From the NCBI GenBank assembly GCA_017471825.1, contig JAFURQ010000013.1, positions 13,096-77,095 of the forward strand: a DNA stretch of 64,000 nucleotides, in the 5' to 3' direction. Made by a program: the position numbers and the translations under genes. Positions 34,101-42,579 of this stretch are shown one piece after another (position 1 is the first letter of the stretch; each line of letters begins with the position of its first letter). The notes beneath the pieces were generated by a model. That model was not told the DNA's origin and made no database searches. It saw only the letters and a list, made by a program, of their open reading frames with translations. Source of the DNA: Clostridia bacterium (lineage in GTDB: Bacteria > Bacillota > Clostridia > Oscillospirales > CAG-272).

Positions 34101-34421
34101 AGTATACTCATATACCCTCGCCGTAACCTTCAGCGATTTCGTCTGCGAATCGTATTCGCTTGTAACGTTGCTCGTGGGGACAAGGGGGCTGTACGTGATG
34201 CTGTCGGCTCCGTATGCCTCAAGATAGCTTCTTTCAGCTTCGGAAAGCTTTATTCCGGTCGAGAGCTCGAGAATATCCGCAGAGCTCAGCGTTTGCTTGC
34301 TCGTCGCGCTCGGGCTTGAATAATCGAGCTTCAGGGCAAGGGCTGATACGCAAAGCGCAGATATTATCACCGCGCAAAGCAAAAGGCTCATTATAGTAAT
34401 CAGAAGTCGTCTGTTCTTCAA
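31200..34421 (-). CDS. Large surface protein with Listeria-Bacteroides (InlB B-type) repeats and C-terminal TM anchor
   Basis: Start at TTG 34421, 6 nt after GGAGGAAG. Signal-anchor MSLLLCAVIISALCVSALA. Motifs YTFVGWQDENGNPV, YVFAGWRDFSG, YKFLDWEP. C-terminal helix + RRVRRKSKKS. Confidence 0.8.
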   Translation of the reverse strand: MKNRRLLITIMSLLLCAVIISALCVSALALKLDYSSPSATSKQTLSSADILELSTGIKLSEAERSYLEAYGADSITYSPLVPTSNVTSEYDSQTKSLKVTARVYEYTANTGFKIKWTPVYATVSGEKHSMTVGADGKYTVTLTDIDEGGEEYVRVMYSSSIGVAQKTVNGLLNKTYSEAPLWASYGEYLEQKREYDARLALYQKYISDKNVYDEKYIAYQKYLKEYADYEDAEAIYQEYLAELEVYNKKHAEYIKYLDDKKKYDANLALYNEYVANYATVKDQIAIIDGIQRNCTSYKRSLYRAIMTDTVTTVLANKDAIANELTGLDGAVVDEAGLATENLRELFDGYFALTEEEDKYAYYSLNYEAFKENFSLLFKCLDKLYRNAKVRVAIRQQNKIEKYEILLAQLYYTVNAISDTPVSNYDGTALFDSTYRIDGDTPLKIHEGEVYIVDKNNAEPLPNGYPQAVEKPVIVTVDEPQKPTPVLAPVKPEEVSAPGDAPEIVERPTAPRLVEPPFSIATPENLPKEITDVISAYRNGELSERSQISSDALITLEAFAVKRFLNVDEIVINFYGTNGEKLDTVNAERTSYVEFSGMIPTKPEDDSATYTFVGWQDENGNPVDMTSVNCQGVQLNLYPLFEAEYKLYDVTWSVNGNRTVTRERLGVTPVCPVVPEKADVDSFMYVFAGWRDFSGAIVEGDFPSVSADESQNLFTAEFERRFIVPYSNGSGALVSFDGTRYFVDSSRSPDKELNLSHLIPRAAGNGGITVSAKNYTLEFSYSEVIAMSEAGVSALSVSSAVKGSVGYSFAVNLYGTDGERLDVSVGAVLTLPYTFSDPANMRMYYETADGRVPVRAIPDSTSVTVSVICGVAYHAVTEYAIDVMKTDEVYIGADKSAASAGDRVRIDYAAPVGIKITSVYLIKENGEREEIVDSTFIMPASGVSVGIEYERISYTVTFVADGKVISVKKYFYGDIPTPPTAPKKASDSEYNYKFLDWEPVITAVTEDKIYEALYLPTEIPEKEQPDGLIITDSVLRIIVTVLFIGVYGAVVILPVLVIALVKLVRRVRRKSKKS

Positions 34422-34560
34422 AACACTTCCTCCAAGGATTTGTATCTTAATAATTAAGTATAACACTATTTAAAGATAAAATCAAGTGGGAAAATGTGAC
34501 ACAAACAGGCAAAAATTTGACACGGATGGGCAGATGCGCGAAAAATTCACATTCGCTCTA

Positions 34561-34588
34561 TTGACTTTTGCAAAAAAAAGAGTATAAT
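34561..34588 (+). promoter_or_regulatory. ssrA promoter
   Basis: TTGACT (34561-66), 16-nt spacer, TATAAT (34583-88). Confidence 0.65.
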
Positions 34589-34602
34589 TATAGTACACTT
34601 AT

Positions 34603-34969
34603 GGGGCCGTAAGGGTTTCGACAGGGATTTTGAGGCATGATAAGCGTGGCGGGCAGGATAATCCCGTTAAAATGTCCAACTTAAATAATAAACGACAACA
34701 ATAGAGTTGCTCTTGCAGCGTAAGCTGTGACGCGGCAATAATGCCGCCCGTACCGTGGATGAGGACTACGGCTTCCACCGTGCGTCAAATCAGTAGTGAA
34801 CTTGCACCGAGGTTTCGCCATTGAATCGGTCAAGCACAAAATGGCTACCCGAAGTGAGAGCCTGTCATTCGGCATTCACCGAGGGGAATCCTCAATAGAA
34901 TGACTGCCCACGGAGAAGGTTATGTCAAGAGGTTTTTGGACGCGGGTTCAACTCCCGCCGGTTCCACCA
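34603..34969 (+). ncRNA. ssrA: tmRNA (transfer-messenger RNA)
   Basis: 5' GGGGCCGTAAGGGTTTCGACAGGG and 3' GGACGCGGGTTCAACTCCCGCCGGTTCCACCA form the tRNA-like acceptor and T-arm. Internal tag frame ...AAC GAC AAC AAT AGA GTT GCT CTT GCA GCG TAA (NDNNRVALAA*, stop at 34721-34723). Confidence 0.95.
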
Positions 34970-34974
34970 AGCAT

Positions 34975-35022
34975 ACACACGTCCAAATCCTTGATTTACA
35001 GGGATGAAGACGTGTGTTTTTA
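34975..35022 (+). terminator. Terminator after ssrA
   Basis: ACACACGTC...GACGTGTGT stem followed by TTTTT. Confidence 0.6.
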
Positions 35023-35574
35023 TATTTTCGTCAGATTTTGCTGTACTTACAGTAGTTTTTCATTACAGCACTTGAAGCCTTACGGTTTAGACAGTATATT
35101 AGTAAGCCGCAAGACTCACTCCCACGCTGGAAGTCCAGCATCTCACTTTCCCCCTGTATCTCCAGTGAAAAATCGGGGAAACCGGGGATTTCGGGTACAA
35201 TTCAATAAAAACGCTCGACTTTCAATGAACGAAGGTCGGGCGCTTTTTCGTTATAGAGGGCATATATTCAAAATCCCCGATTTTATCGGGTAAATCGGGT
35301 ATCACTTTAAACCTTTAAGAAAAAAGTCTATGCTCCGACGAGCAAAGCACGGAAAACCGTTCCCCGATATCCCCGATTTCCCCAGTTCTTCTCAAAGACA
35401 CACCGGGTTTCCCTCGAGAGAGGGTAAGCTCTACGGAGCAAAACGGTTAGAATTCCGCAAAAATTCGCCTCGGGGGTGGGTGGGGACGGAACAGGCACAT
35501 TCTCGCATTTTATGCCCCTTCCCGACAAATCCATAAGAAAATAGCAACAAACACAAAAATAAGGAGTTTCAACG

Positions 35575-36093
35575 ATGAAAACAGTTAATATCTACTATAT
35601 TTTCGACTCCTCGGTAAAAATCCGAGGCAACGCAGGACACCGAATAGAAGAAAACATCAGCCGTATATCGCGAGCTCTCGACTTCTCGCCATACAAGACG
35701 AAACTACACCTCATCGGCTACCGCGACCGCGCCTTCTTCGCAAAGCCTCACGAGAGAATCGGGGCATACGGCAATCCAGACTTTGCGGAAGGACTCAAGA
35801 TGCTCGGGAACGTGCTCGACTACGGCAGAAAATACGAGCACGCAAATGCTCGCTCGGTCTTCATCTGGCATACGTCCGGAACGGTGCTTGAAGGCTGGAA
35901 AAAGGAGCTCGAACAGCTCTATAAAAACCGAGAATTCGCCTTTGGTTTAAGGTACGTCGTACAGCACGGAGTGGCGGATAGAAGCACGAAGGAAACACTC
36001 TACCGCTTCACCGAAACGTCGGAGAGAATATTGCACCATTTTTCCGAGGGAAGATTGTGCTCTTTAGTACAAAATGTCTCTCTCGCGCATTAA
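35575..36093 (+). CDS. Stand-alone vWA-like (TerY-like) domain protein with incomplete MIDAS motif
   Basis: VNIYYIFDSSVKIRGN (DxSxS-like, last Ser missing), IGAYGNPDFAEGLKML, SVFIWHTSGTV follow the order of vWA motifs. AAGGAG RBS. Confidence 0.45.
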   Translation: MKTVNIYYIFDSSVKIRGNAGHRIEENISRISRALDFSPYKTKLHLIGYRDRAFFAKPHERIGAYGNPDFAEGLKMLGNVLDYGRKYEHANARSVFIWHTSGTVLEGWKKELEQLYKNREFAFGLRYVVQHGVADRSTKETLYRFTETSERILHHFSEGRLCSLVQNVSLAH

Positions 36094-36108
36094 AATACGC
36101 GTGGACTA

Positions 36109-36137
36109 TTGATTTATCCTTAAAATTATGTTAAAAT
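36109..36137 (+). promoter_or_regulatory. Strong promoter upstream of the structured leader and lipoprotein gene
   Basis: TTGATT, 17-nt spacer, TGtTAAAAT (extended -10). Confidence 0.65.
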
Positions 36138-36143
36138 ATAAGT

Positions 36144-36295
36144 GCCACACAATCGAATATTTTCCAAATAAGGGTGTACTATGCCATTTTTAGTACTTCC
36201 GTCCTTTTCTATACCTTATTTGGAGAAGATTGTGTGGCAGCAATGCGAAGTACATAATTTTGGGGGTGCGTTCGCTTTGCGGGCGCACTTTTTGT
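36144..36295 (+). ncRNA. Structured leader / candidate sRNA: 95-nt compound hairpin plus intrinsic terminator
   Basis: GCCACACAATC (36144-54) pairs with GATTGTGTGGC (36228-38). TCCAAATAAGG (36163-73) pairs with CCTTATTTGGA (36214-24). Apical GTACTA/TAGTAC. Then GTGCGTTCGC-TTT-GCGGGCGCAC + TTTTTGTTTT (36266-36298), 35 nt before the ATG at 36330. Confidence 0.55.
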
Positions 36296-36329
36296 TTTAT
36301 ATGATTGCTTTTTCAAAGGAGATACAAAA

Positions 36330-39300
36330 ATGAAAAGGAAAATAAGCTTCGGTATTACACTTTTGTTAATGCTCTCTCTGCTTCTCTTGGCATTAACCGC
36401 TTGCGGAGAAAAGGAATGCGAGCACTCATATCAGGGCGCAGTAACAAAAGCGGCAACTTGCGAAAGCGACGGTGTTATGACATACACCTGCTCACTCTGC
36501 ACCGATAGCTACACCGAGGTCATAAAGGCTCTCGGTCACGACGAGATAAAGCACGACGCAAAAGCTCCTACTTGTACTGAGATAGGCTGGGACGCATACG
36601 TTACTTGCTCTCGTTGCGACTACTCGACCTATGCAGAAAAGCCTGCACTCACTCACGATGAGATACACCACGAAGCAAAAGCTCCTACTTGCACCGAGAT
36701 TGGTTGGGATGCATACGTAACCTGCTCTCGTTGCGACTACTCGACCTATGCAGAAAAGCCTGCACTTACTCACGATGAGCAGAGCCACGATGCGAAAACT
36801 CCTACTTGCACCGAGATCGGTTGGGATGCTTACGTTACCTGCTCCAGATGTGATTACACTACCTATGCAGAAAAGCCTGCACTCACTCACGATGAGGTAA
36901 AGCACGATGCAAAAGCTCCTACTTGTACCGAAATCGGTTGGGATGCTTACGTTACCTGCTCTCGTTGCGACTACACTACATACGTTGAAAAGGCGGCACT
37001 CGGTCATACCGAGGTTGTAGATAAAGCGGTAGCTCCAGATTGTACCAATACCGGACTTACCGAGGGTAAGCACTGCTCCGTGTGTAACGAGGTTCTCGTC
37101 GCACAGACCGTAGTAGATGCACTCGGTCATACCGAAGTAATAGACAAAGCGGTTGCTCCCGATTGCACCAATACCGGACTTACCGAGGGCAAGCACTGCT
37201 CGGTTTGTGGTGAAACTCTCGTCGCGCAGAGCGTAGTTGACGCTCTCGGACATACCGAGGTTGTAGACGAAGCAGTTGCACCGACCTGCACCAATACCGG
37301 ACTTACCAAAGGCTCGCATTGCTCGGTCTGCAATACAGTTCTCGTTGAGCAGAAAACCGTTAACAAGCTCGATCACGATTATTCGGAAGAGCTTATCTGC
37401 AACTCTACACATCACTATCACGAGTGCGAATGCGGAGCGAAAAAAGACGAAGAAAAGCACACGTCTTCAGGCGCGGCTACCGCAACACAGGATGAGGTCT
37501 GCACCGTTTGCGGATACGTGATTACAAAAGCTGTCGGCATATCCTTCAAAACTCTTACGGTAAGCGGTAACAATGTTTACGGCAAAGTATCAAGCGATAC
37601 CGAAATTTTCTCCTTCATTACCGAAGTTACCGCTGTTGGCGGTGCAAAATACATCGTTTCTTTTGACATTAGCGGTAGAGAAACTATATCCACAAAAACG
37701 CTTACGCTCAACACAGGAGATAACACCGTTTATATAACAGAATATGTCAACGACGAGCCTGTTGCAGTATACAAAGTCGTTATTAGAAGAAGACCTGTTT
37801 ACACAGTAACCTTTGATGCAAACGGCGGCACTGCAGTAGAAAGCGTTACCGTTGACGAAGATGCTATACTCAGCGCACCCGTGACAACATATGCAGGTTA
37901 TACCTTCACCGGTTGGGATTATGATTTCTCAACTCCTATAATGAGTGATGCACATATCACAGCAAACTGGAAAGCAAATACCGACACAAAGTACACTGTT
38001 GAATACTACCTTGAAAATCTTGATAAATCGGACTACGAGCTTATCGATACAGACGAGCTTGCAGGAACGACAGACACCGCGGTAGAAGCTCTTATAAAAG
38101 AATTTGAGCACTTTACCTTCAACTCAACAAAGAGCGTAATTAGCGGCAATATCGACGGCAATGGTAACCTCGTTCTCAAAGTCTACTACACAAGAGATAC
38201 CTACACTATTAGCACCATCGTCAGCAACGCTAAGGGCGGAACTGTAACCGTCGGCGGTACTTACCCTTACGGAACGGAAATAAAGCTAGCTTCTACAGTT
38301 AATGCAGGTTATACCTTCAAGGGATATTTCGCAGGCGAGAATAAGGTATGTGAAAGCACTGAGTATACCTTTATCGTAAACGAAAATCTCGATATAGTTG
38401 CGAGCATTAAAGCGAATACCGACACAAAATACACGGTTGAATACTACCTCGAAAACCTTGATAAGTCGGACTATGAGCTTATCGACACAGATGATCTCAC
38501 TGGAACTACCGATACTACCGCCGACGCTGTAATAAAGGCTTTTGAGCACTTCACATTTAATGCCGCAAAGAGTACAATAAGTGGCAACATCGACGGCGAT
38601 GGTAATCTAGTTCTCAAAGTCTACTATACAAGAGATACCTACACTATTAGCACTACAGTCAGCAACGTTAAGGGCGGTACTGTAACTGTTGGCGGCACTT
38701 ATCCTTATGGAACAGAGATTAAACTTTCGGCTACAGTTAACGCGGGCTATACCTTCTTCGGATATTTCGTTGGTGAGAATAAGGTATGTGAAAGTACTAC
38801 GTACACCTTTACCGTAAGCGAAGATATCGAACTGGTTGCAAACATCGAAGCAAACACAAATACCGCATACAAGGCAGAATATTACCTCGAAAGTCTTGAT
38901 AAGTCCGATTACGAGCTCATCGACACAGACGAACTCGTAGGAAGTACCGATACTACCGCAACCGCAGAGCAGAAGATATTTGAGCACTTTACCCTAAAAT
39001 CTTCTATTAGCACGCTTAGCGGCAACATAGACGGTGAAGGAAGGCTCGTTCTTAAAGTCTACTACACCAGAGATACATATTCTATCAAGGCAGAACGCAA
39101 CAATACCAAAGCTGGAACTGTAAGTGGCGATTATACCTACGCTTACGGAAATACCGTAACACTTACGGCTACTACTAACGCTGGCTACACCTTCCTCGGA
39201 TGGTATGATGGTGATACAAGAGTAGGCACAGCCACCACGTTCACATTTACGGCAGAAGAAGCGGCTACCTACACCGCAAAGTGGGACGCAAATACCAATA

Positions 39301-39764
39301 CCGCATACAAGGTAGAATATTACCTCGAAAACCTTGAAAACGATAATTACACCTTGCACAGTACCGAAACATTAACCGGTACAACAGATGCGAATGTGGA
39401 CGCTACTATAAAAGTTTTTGACCACTACACGTTTAACCCTCAAAAAAGCATTGTAAACAAAAACATCGCCGGTGATGGTTCGCTTGTACTTCTGGTATAT
39501 TACAAACGCGATACGGTTTCGATAACCAACGATACTTCTTTTGGAAGTGTAATGAATTCTGGAAGTCACAAATATGGCGCGAATATCACTGTTAGTGCGA
39601 TCGATACACTAGGGTGCGATTTTATAGGGTGGTATGATAATGACATACTTATCTCATTAGAAAAAACAAAAACGGATAGGGCGGTTAAATACCGCTCTAT
39701 CCAAAATCCATACGAGACAAAGGTGGGAGATCATGGACAAGAATGCTATCATTACAGTGATTGA
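36330..39764 (+). CDS. 1144-aa lipoprotein with tandem Cys-rich modules and Listeria-Bacteroides repeats; native 3' end apparently replaced
   Basis: Lipobox LLALTACG. 4x ([29 protein letters not shown]). 3x ([28 protein letters not shown]). About four 146-aa units with AGYTFxGY motifs. The last 35 aa are unrelated to the repeat pattern. Confidence 0.85.
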   Translation: MKRKISFGITLLLMLSLLLLALTACGEKECEHSYQGAVTKAATCESDGVMTYTCSLCTDSYTEVIKALGHDEIKHDAKAPTCTEIGWDAYVTCSRCDYSTYAEKPALTHDEIHHEAKAPTCTEIGWDAYVTCSRCDYSTYAEKPALTHDEQSHDAKTPTCTEIGWDAYVTCSRCDYTTYAEKPALTHDEVKHDAKAPTCTEIGWDAYVTCSRCDYTTYVEKAALGHTEVVDKAVAPDCTNTGLTEGKHCSVCNEVLVAQTVVDALGHTEVIDKAVAPDCTNTGLTEGKHCSVCGETLVAQSVVDALGHTEVVDEAVAPTCTNTGLTKGSHCSVCNTVLVEQKTVNKLDHDYSEELICNSTHHYHECECGAKKDEEKHTSSGAATATQDEVCTVCGYVITKAVGISFKTLTVSGNNVYGKVSSDTEIFSFITEVTAVGGAKYIVSFDISGRETISTKTLTLNTGDNTVYITEYVNDEPVAVYKVVIRRRPVYTVTFDANGGTAVESVTVDEDAILSAPVTTYAGYTFTGWDYDFSTPIMSDAHITANWKANTDTKYTVEYYLENLDKSDYELIDTDELAGTTDTAVEALIKEFEHFTFNSTKSVISGNIDGNGNLVLKVYYTRDTYTISTIVSNAKGGTVTVGGTYPYGTEIKLASTVNAGYTFKGYFAGENKVCESTEYTFIVNENLDIVASIKANTDTKYTVEYYLENLDKSDYELIDTDDLTGTTDTTADAVIKAFEHFTFNAAKSTISGNIDGDGNLVLKVYYTRDTYTISTTVSNVKGGTVTVGGTYPYGTEIKLSATVNAGYTFFGYFVGENKVCESTTYTFTVSEDIELVANIEANTNTAYKAEYYLESLDKSDYELIDTDELVGSTDTTATAEQKIFEHFTLKSSISTLSGNIDGEGRLVLKVYYTRDTYSIKAERNNTKAGTVSGDYTYAYGNTVTLTATTNAGYTFLGWYDGDTRVGTATTFTFTAEEAATYTAKWDANTNTAYKVEYYLENLENDNYTLHSTETLTGTTDANVDATIKVFDHYTFNPQKSIVNKNIAGDGSLVLLVYYKRDTVSITNDTSFGSVMNSGSHKYGANITVSAIDTLGCDFIGWYDNDILISLEKTKTDRAVKYRSIQNPYETKVGDHGQECYHYSD
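36537..37364 (+). repeat. Tandem coding repeats: 4 x 117 bp then 3 x 120 bp (Cys modules)
   Basis: Unit starts CACGA(C/T)GAG at 36537 and 36654 (117-bp period). Followed by GGTCATACCGAGGTTGTAGA-type 120-bp units. Confidence 0.85.
37971..39650 (+). repeat. About 3.8 tandem copies of a 438-bp coding unit
   Basis: Unit starts at 37971, 38409, 38847 and 39285 (exact 438-bp spacing). Each begins (K/E/D)ANT(D/N)T.Y.VEYYLE.L. Confidence 0.9.
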
Positions 39765-40203
39765 GGATATTGTAAGTGCTGATAGGCTTGAATACATAAG
39801 TGGTTCAATTTTGAATTGCGGAACCTCTGATTGCGCATTGTCCGACGAAAGAGGATCTGTATATGGTATAGCAATAGAATTATCTGGGGATGAAAAGCAA
39901 TCTTTTTTTGACAATCTCGCCAACAAGAAAAAAGGGGTGACAGCAAAAGAATGGAAAAGCATAGGTGATAATTATTATCCACTATATTGGGGGATTGATA
40001 TAAATATGGGTGCGCGCTTGTCAGCGCACATTAAAGATTATCTTGGCACAGGTGCTTTGCAGTTGAACGCTCGTCATCTGGGAGATTTTAAAATCATTTA
40101 TGGAGCAATTCCTTGTTTGAATCGCGCTAAACACGAAAAAACACTACGAAATACATATCCAGATATTTTGAAAACAATAAAAAAATCTTCAAGTAAGGAG
40201 TAA
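39733..40203 (+). CDS. GIY-YIG-like nuclease-domain protein with an insertion (first gene of the AT-rich trio)
   Basis: RGSVYGIAI ... [20 protein letters not shown] ... [15 protein letters not shown] fits GIY / YIG-R-H / E in order. GGTGGGAG RBS. Overlaps the lipoprotein ORF end by 32 nt. Confidence 0.45.
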   Translation: MDKNAIITVIEDIVSADRLEYISGSILNCGTSDCALSDERGSVYGIAIELSGDEKQSFFDNLANKKKGVTAKEWKSIGDNYYPLYWGIDINMGARLSAHIKDYLGTGALQLNARHLGDFKIIYGAIPCLNRAKHEKTLRNTYPDILKTIKKSSSKE

Positions 40204-40209
40204 ATATGT

Positions 40210-40422
40210 ATGCCAGTATCCATTTTAATTAACAAACTGAAGAACTATTGTGATAAGAAATTTCCTAATATTTATGACATTAAAGCATTAAATATGAGTT
40301 TATCTGGAAACTATGGGGTAACAAATTCAAAAATCACGATAATGCTTAACAATAGTGTATGCTTTGATTATATTGCTGGCACGCCGTTTGGTAACTATGA
40401 CTATATATTTGAAGGTATATAA
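40210..40422 (+). CDS. Hypothetical 70-aa protein (second gene of the trio)
   Basis: AAGGAG 9 nt upstream. 7 nt after the previous stop and 3 nt before the next start. No recognisable motif. Confidence 0.4.
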   Translation: MPVSILINKLKNYCDKKFPNIYDIKALNMSLSGNYGVTNSKITIMLNNSVCFDYIAGTPFGNYDYIFEGI

Positions 40423-40425
40423 ATT

Positions 40426-40763
40426 ATGGATGTTACAACCGTTCACTTCGACTCAACAAAAGTAAAAAAGGCACGTTCAAAAGAACGAGATGCTTTTTGC
40501 AATAATATCAATGTCGGAAACTGTGTCTATCTCTTTTTTGGCAAAAGCAAATGCTACTACATAGGAGAAACTAGTGATTCGTTGAAAAAACGTTGTTTTA
40601 CTCATACCCAAAACACATAACAAAAGATTGGTTTGATAACTGCGACAAAGTCATAATTATAAAACTTGATGATGAATTGGGGGATATCGAGCGGCGCGCA
40701 CTTGAAGCAACGTTTATATTATCATATAAGTCTGTAGGTCACCCATTGGCTAACCAAAAATGA
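40426..40763 (+). pseudogene. Canonical GIY-YIG nuclease interrupted by a frameshift near 40605-40620
   Basis: Frame 1: NCVYLFFGKSKCYYIGETSDSLKKRCFTHTQNT*. Shifted frame continues KDWFDNCDKVIIIKLDDELGDIERRALEATFILSYKSVGHPLANQK* (E and N motifs). The break lies in the A-rich CCCAAAACACATAACAAAAG. Confidence 0.6.
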
Positions 40764-40843
40764 AAAACACCATTTAATAACCATATATTATAACATTGAT
40801 AGCATCATATACTACGAGCAAAGTACACGTTCGTATGTAACTG

Positions 40844-40930
40844 TTAAATGGGAGCATCTAACTATAAAATGGCGATAAATGCTGTTAAATGGTAAATGGC
40901 GGCTATTAAATGGGTGTTAAATGGTAAATA
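40844..40930 (+). repeat. Cluster of seven or more (T/A)TAAATGG iteron-like words upstream of the first recombinase
   Basis: TTAAATGG at 40844, 40885, 40906 and 40917. TAAAATGG at 40865. GTAAATGG at 40892. GTAAATA at 40924. Confidence 0.8.
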
Positions 40931-40972
40931 CAATGAAGATGAGAACACTAAGACCTGACGAAATCAAGATAC

Positions 40973-42488
40973 TTGAGGAACGCAGAGAGAAACTTCGGAA
41001 TTGAGAAGCTTCGCACCGTCATCTATGCTCGTAAGAGTGCAGAGGACGAAAGACAAACCTCGCTTCCCACGCAGATTGAACTCTGCAAAGAGTTCATAGA
41101 CCAATATGATATACTAAACTTAACGAAGGTTTACCAAGAAGATAACGTAAGCGGTATGTTTACAGATAGCCGTACCGAATACCTCTCTATGCTCGCGGCA
41201 GCAGAGCGAGGCGAAATCGACGTTATAGTAACCATACGACTCGACCGATTCGGACGAGATGTAGCTAACACCACGAGCGCACTCAAGCTACTCGCGATGT
41301 ACGGATGCTTCCTTATCGCAGGTGATGATATCTGCGATAACACCCCCGCAGGCGAGTTTATGCGCAATATCCTTATATCCCAAAATCAGTATCACGCACG
41401 TATCACCGCAAGCCGAGTGATGCAGAGTGAGATACATAATGCCAAAAACGGCGACTCTGCCGGCGGTATCGCTCCCTACGGACTGCGAATAGTAGATAAG
41501 CGTTTCGAGCTGAACGATACCGAAGCTCCAACAGTCAAGCGCATTTTCGAGATGGCTTCAAGACGGAAAGAGCTATAAAGACATAATCGATACCCTCACC
41601 AAAGAGGGTATCAAGACCCGAAAAGGCAGAAAGTTCAGCTATTCAACGCTCAACTCGATGCTACGTAACGTAAAATATCAAGGCACTTACCTCTACAACA
41701 GAGAGGACGGCAAGAAGAAATCCCAAAGAGTGCTACTCGAGAAGTACGACGAGGTACGAAACGAAGGTGCAATCCCTGCAATCGTCACCAAGTCCACCTT
41801 CGATAAAGTGCAAAGCATCCTCGATTGCAGGACTCAATGCCGCCCGAACCTCAATACTCACTCGGAGTATATCCTTACCGGCAAGCTCTACTGCGCAAAG
41901 TGTGGCTCGACAATGAGCGGAACTGCAAACTGCGGCGGTAGAAATAAGACACGCATACGCACTTATGCCTGCCCGAACCACTCGTCAAGACGTGGCAACG
42001 TATGCGATACCAAAGCTATAAACTCCCTATATCTCGAAAGTGCAGTAAAATCTGCAATCACCGAAGCGATCAACGCCTACGTTCGCGACAAAGATAACCT
42101 CGCAAGCATAGTAAGACAGGCGAAGTCAAGCTATCGCGAGCAGATTAACTCGACCAGCCGACGCATCGCCTCGCTCAGAGATAACGTATCTCACCTGCTC
42201 AACAAGGCGGCTTCAACTACTTCGGCACTACTCTCTACTCGATACGAGCAAGAGGCTAACGAGGCAATACTCGCAGAGCAGCACCACACCGAAAAGCTTG
42301 CAGACCTCAACGCAAAAGTCGCTGAAATCGACGTCTTGATTGATGCTTCAAAAGAGGCTTTGATATTCACCGCAGATGCTCTCTTTGCATCCGACAGCAT
42401 CACTCGAGAGCTCGTAGATCTCTATATTAACCGCATCGAAATTGATGACGCAAACGACAAAATTACCGTAAAATTCAAAAATATGTAA
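40973..42488 (+). pseudogene. Large serine recombinase, frameshifted at about 41561
   Basis: Resolvase domain VIYARKSAEDE...RLDRFGRD ends RIFEMASRRKEL*. The +1 frame continues DGKSYKDIIDTLTKEGIKTRKGRKFSYSTLNSMLRNVKYQGTYLYN..., then a zinc-ribbon (CAKCGS...CPNH) and a coiled coil (ORF 41658-42488). Confidence 0.75.
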
Positions 42489-42579
42489 ATCATAGTTGTC
42501 AATAATGACATTTTAAATCACGGGCGCATAGTTCACATTGAGCTATGCGTCCTTTATATTGCAGAAAGGAAAATAAAAA

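Noticed and set aside
34922-35536. Short ORFs (34922-35293, 35330-35536 and 35328-35534 on the minus strand) in the ssrA-proximal region
   Set aside because: One starts inside the tmRNA. None has an RBS, and the products are low complexity. The region is better explained as non-coding att/remnant DNA rich in TCCCCGAT words.
36144-36295. Retron msr/msd-like or type III antitoxin RNA interpretation of the long hairpin
   Set aside because: There is no reverse transcriptase or toxin gene anywhere nearby. The location between a promoter and the lipoprotein start codon favours a cis-acting leader.
36492-37460. 322-aa minus-strand ORF inside the lipoprotein gene (similar cases at 38286-39359, 43615-44235, 47250-47729 and 51439-52134)
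   Set aside because: These are antisense shadow ORFs within well-supported plus-strand genes. They have no RBS and repetitive products.
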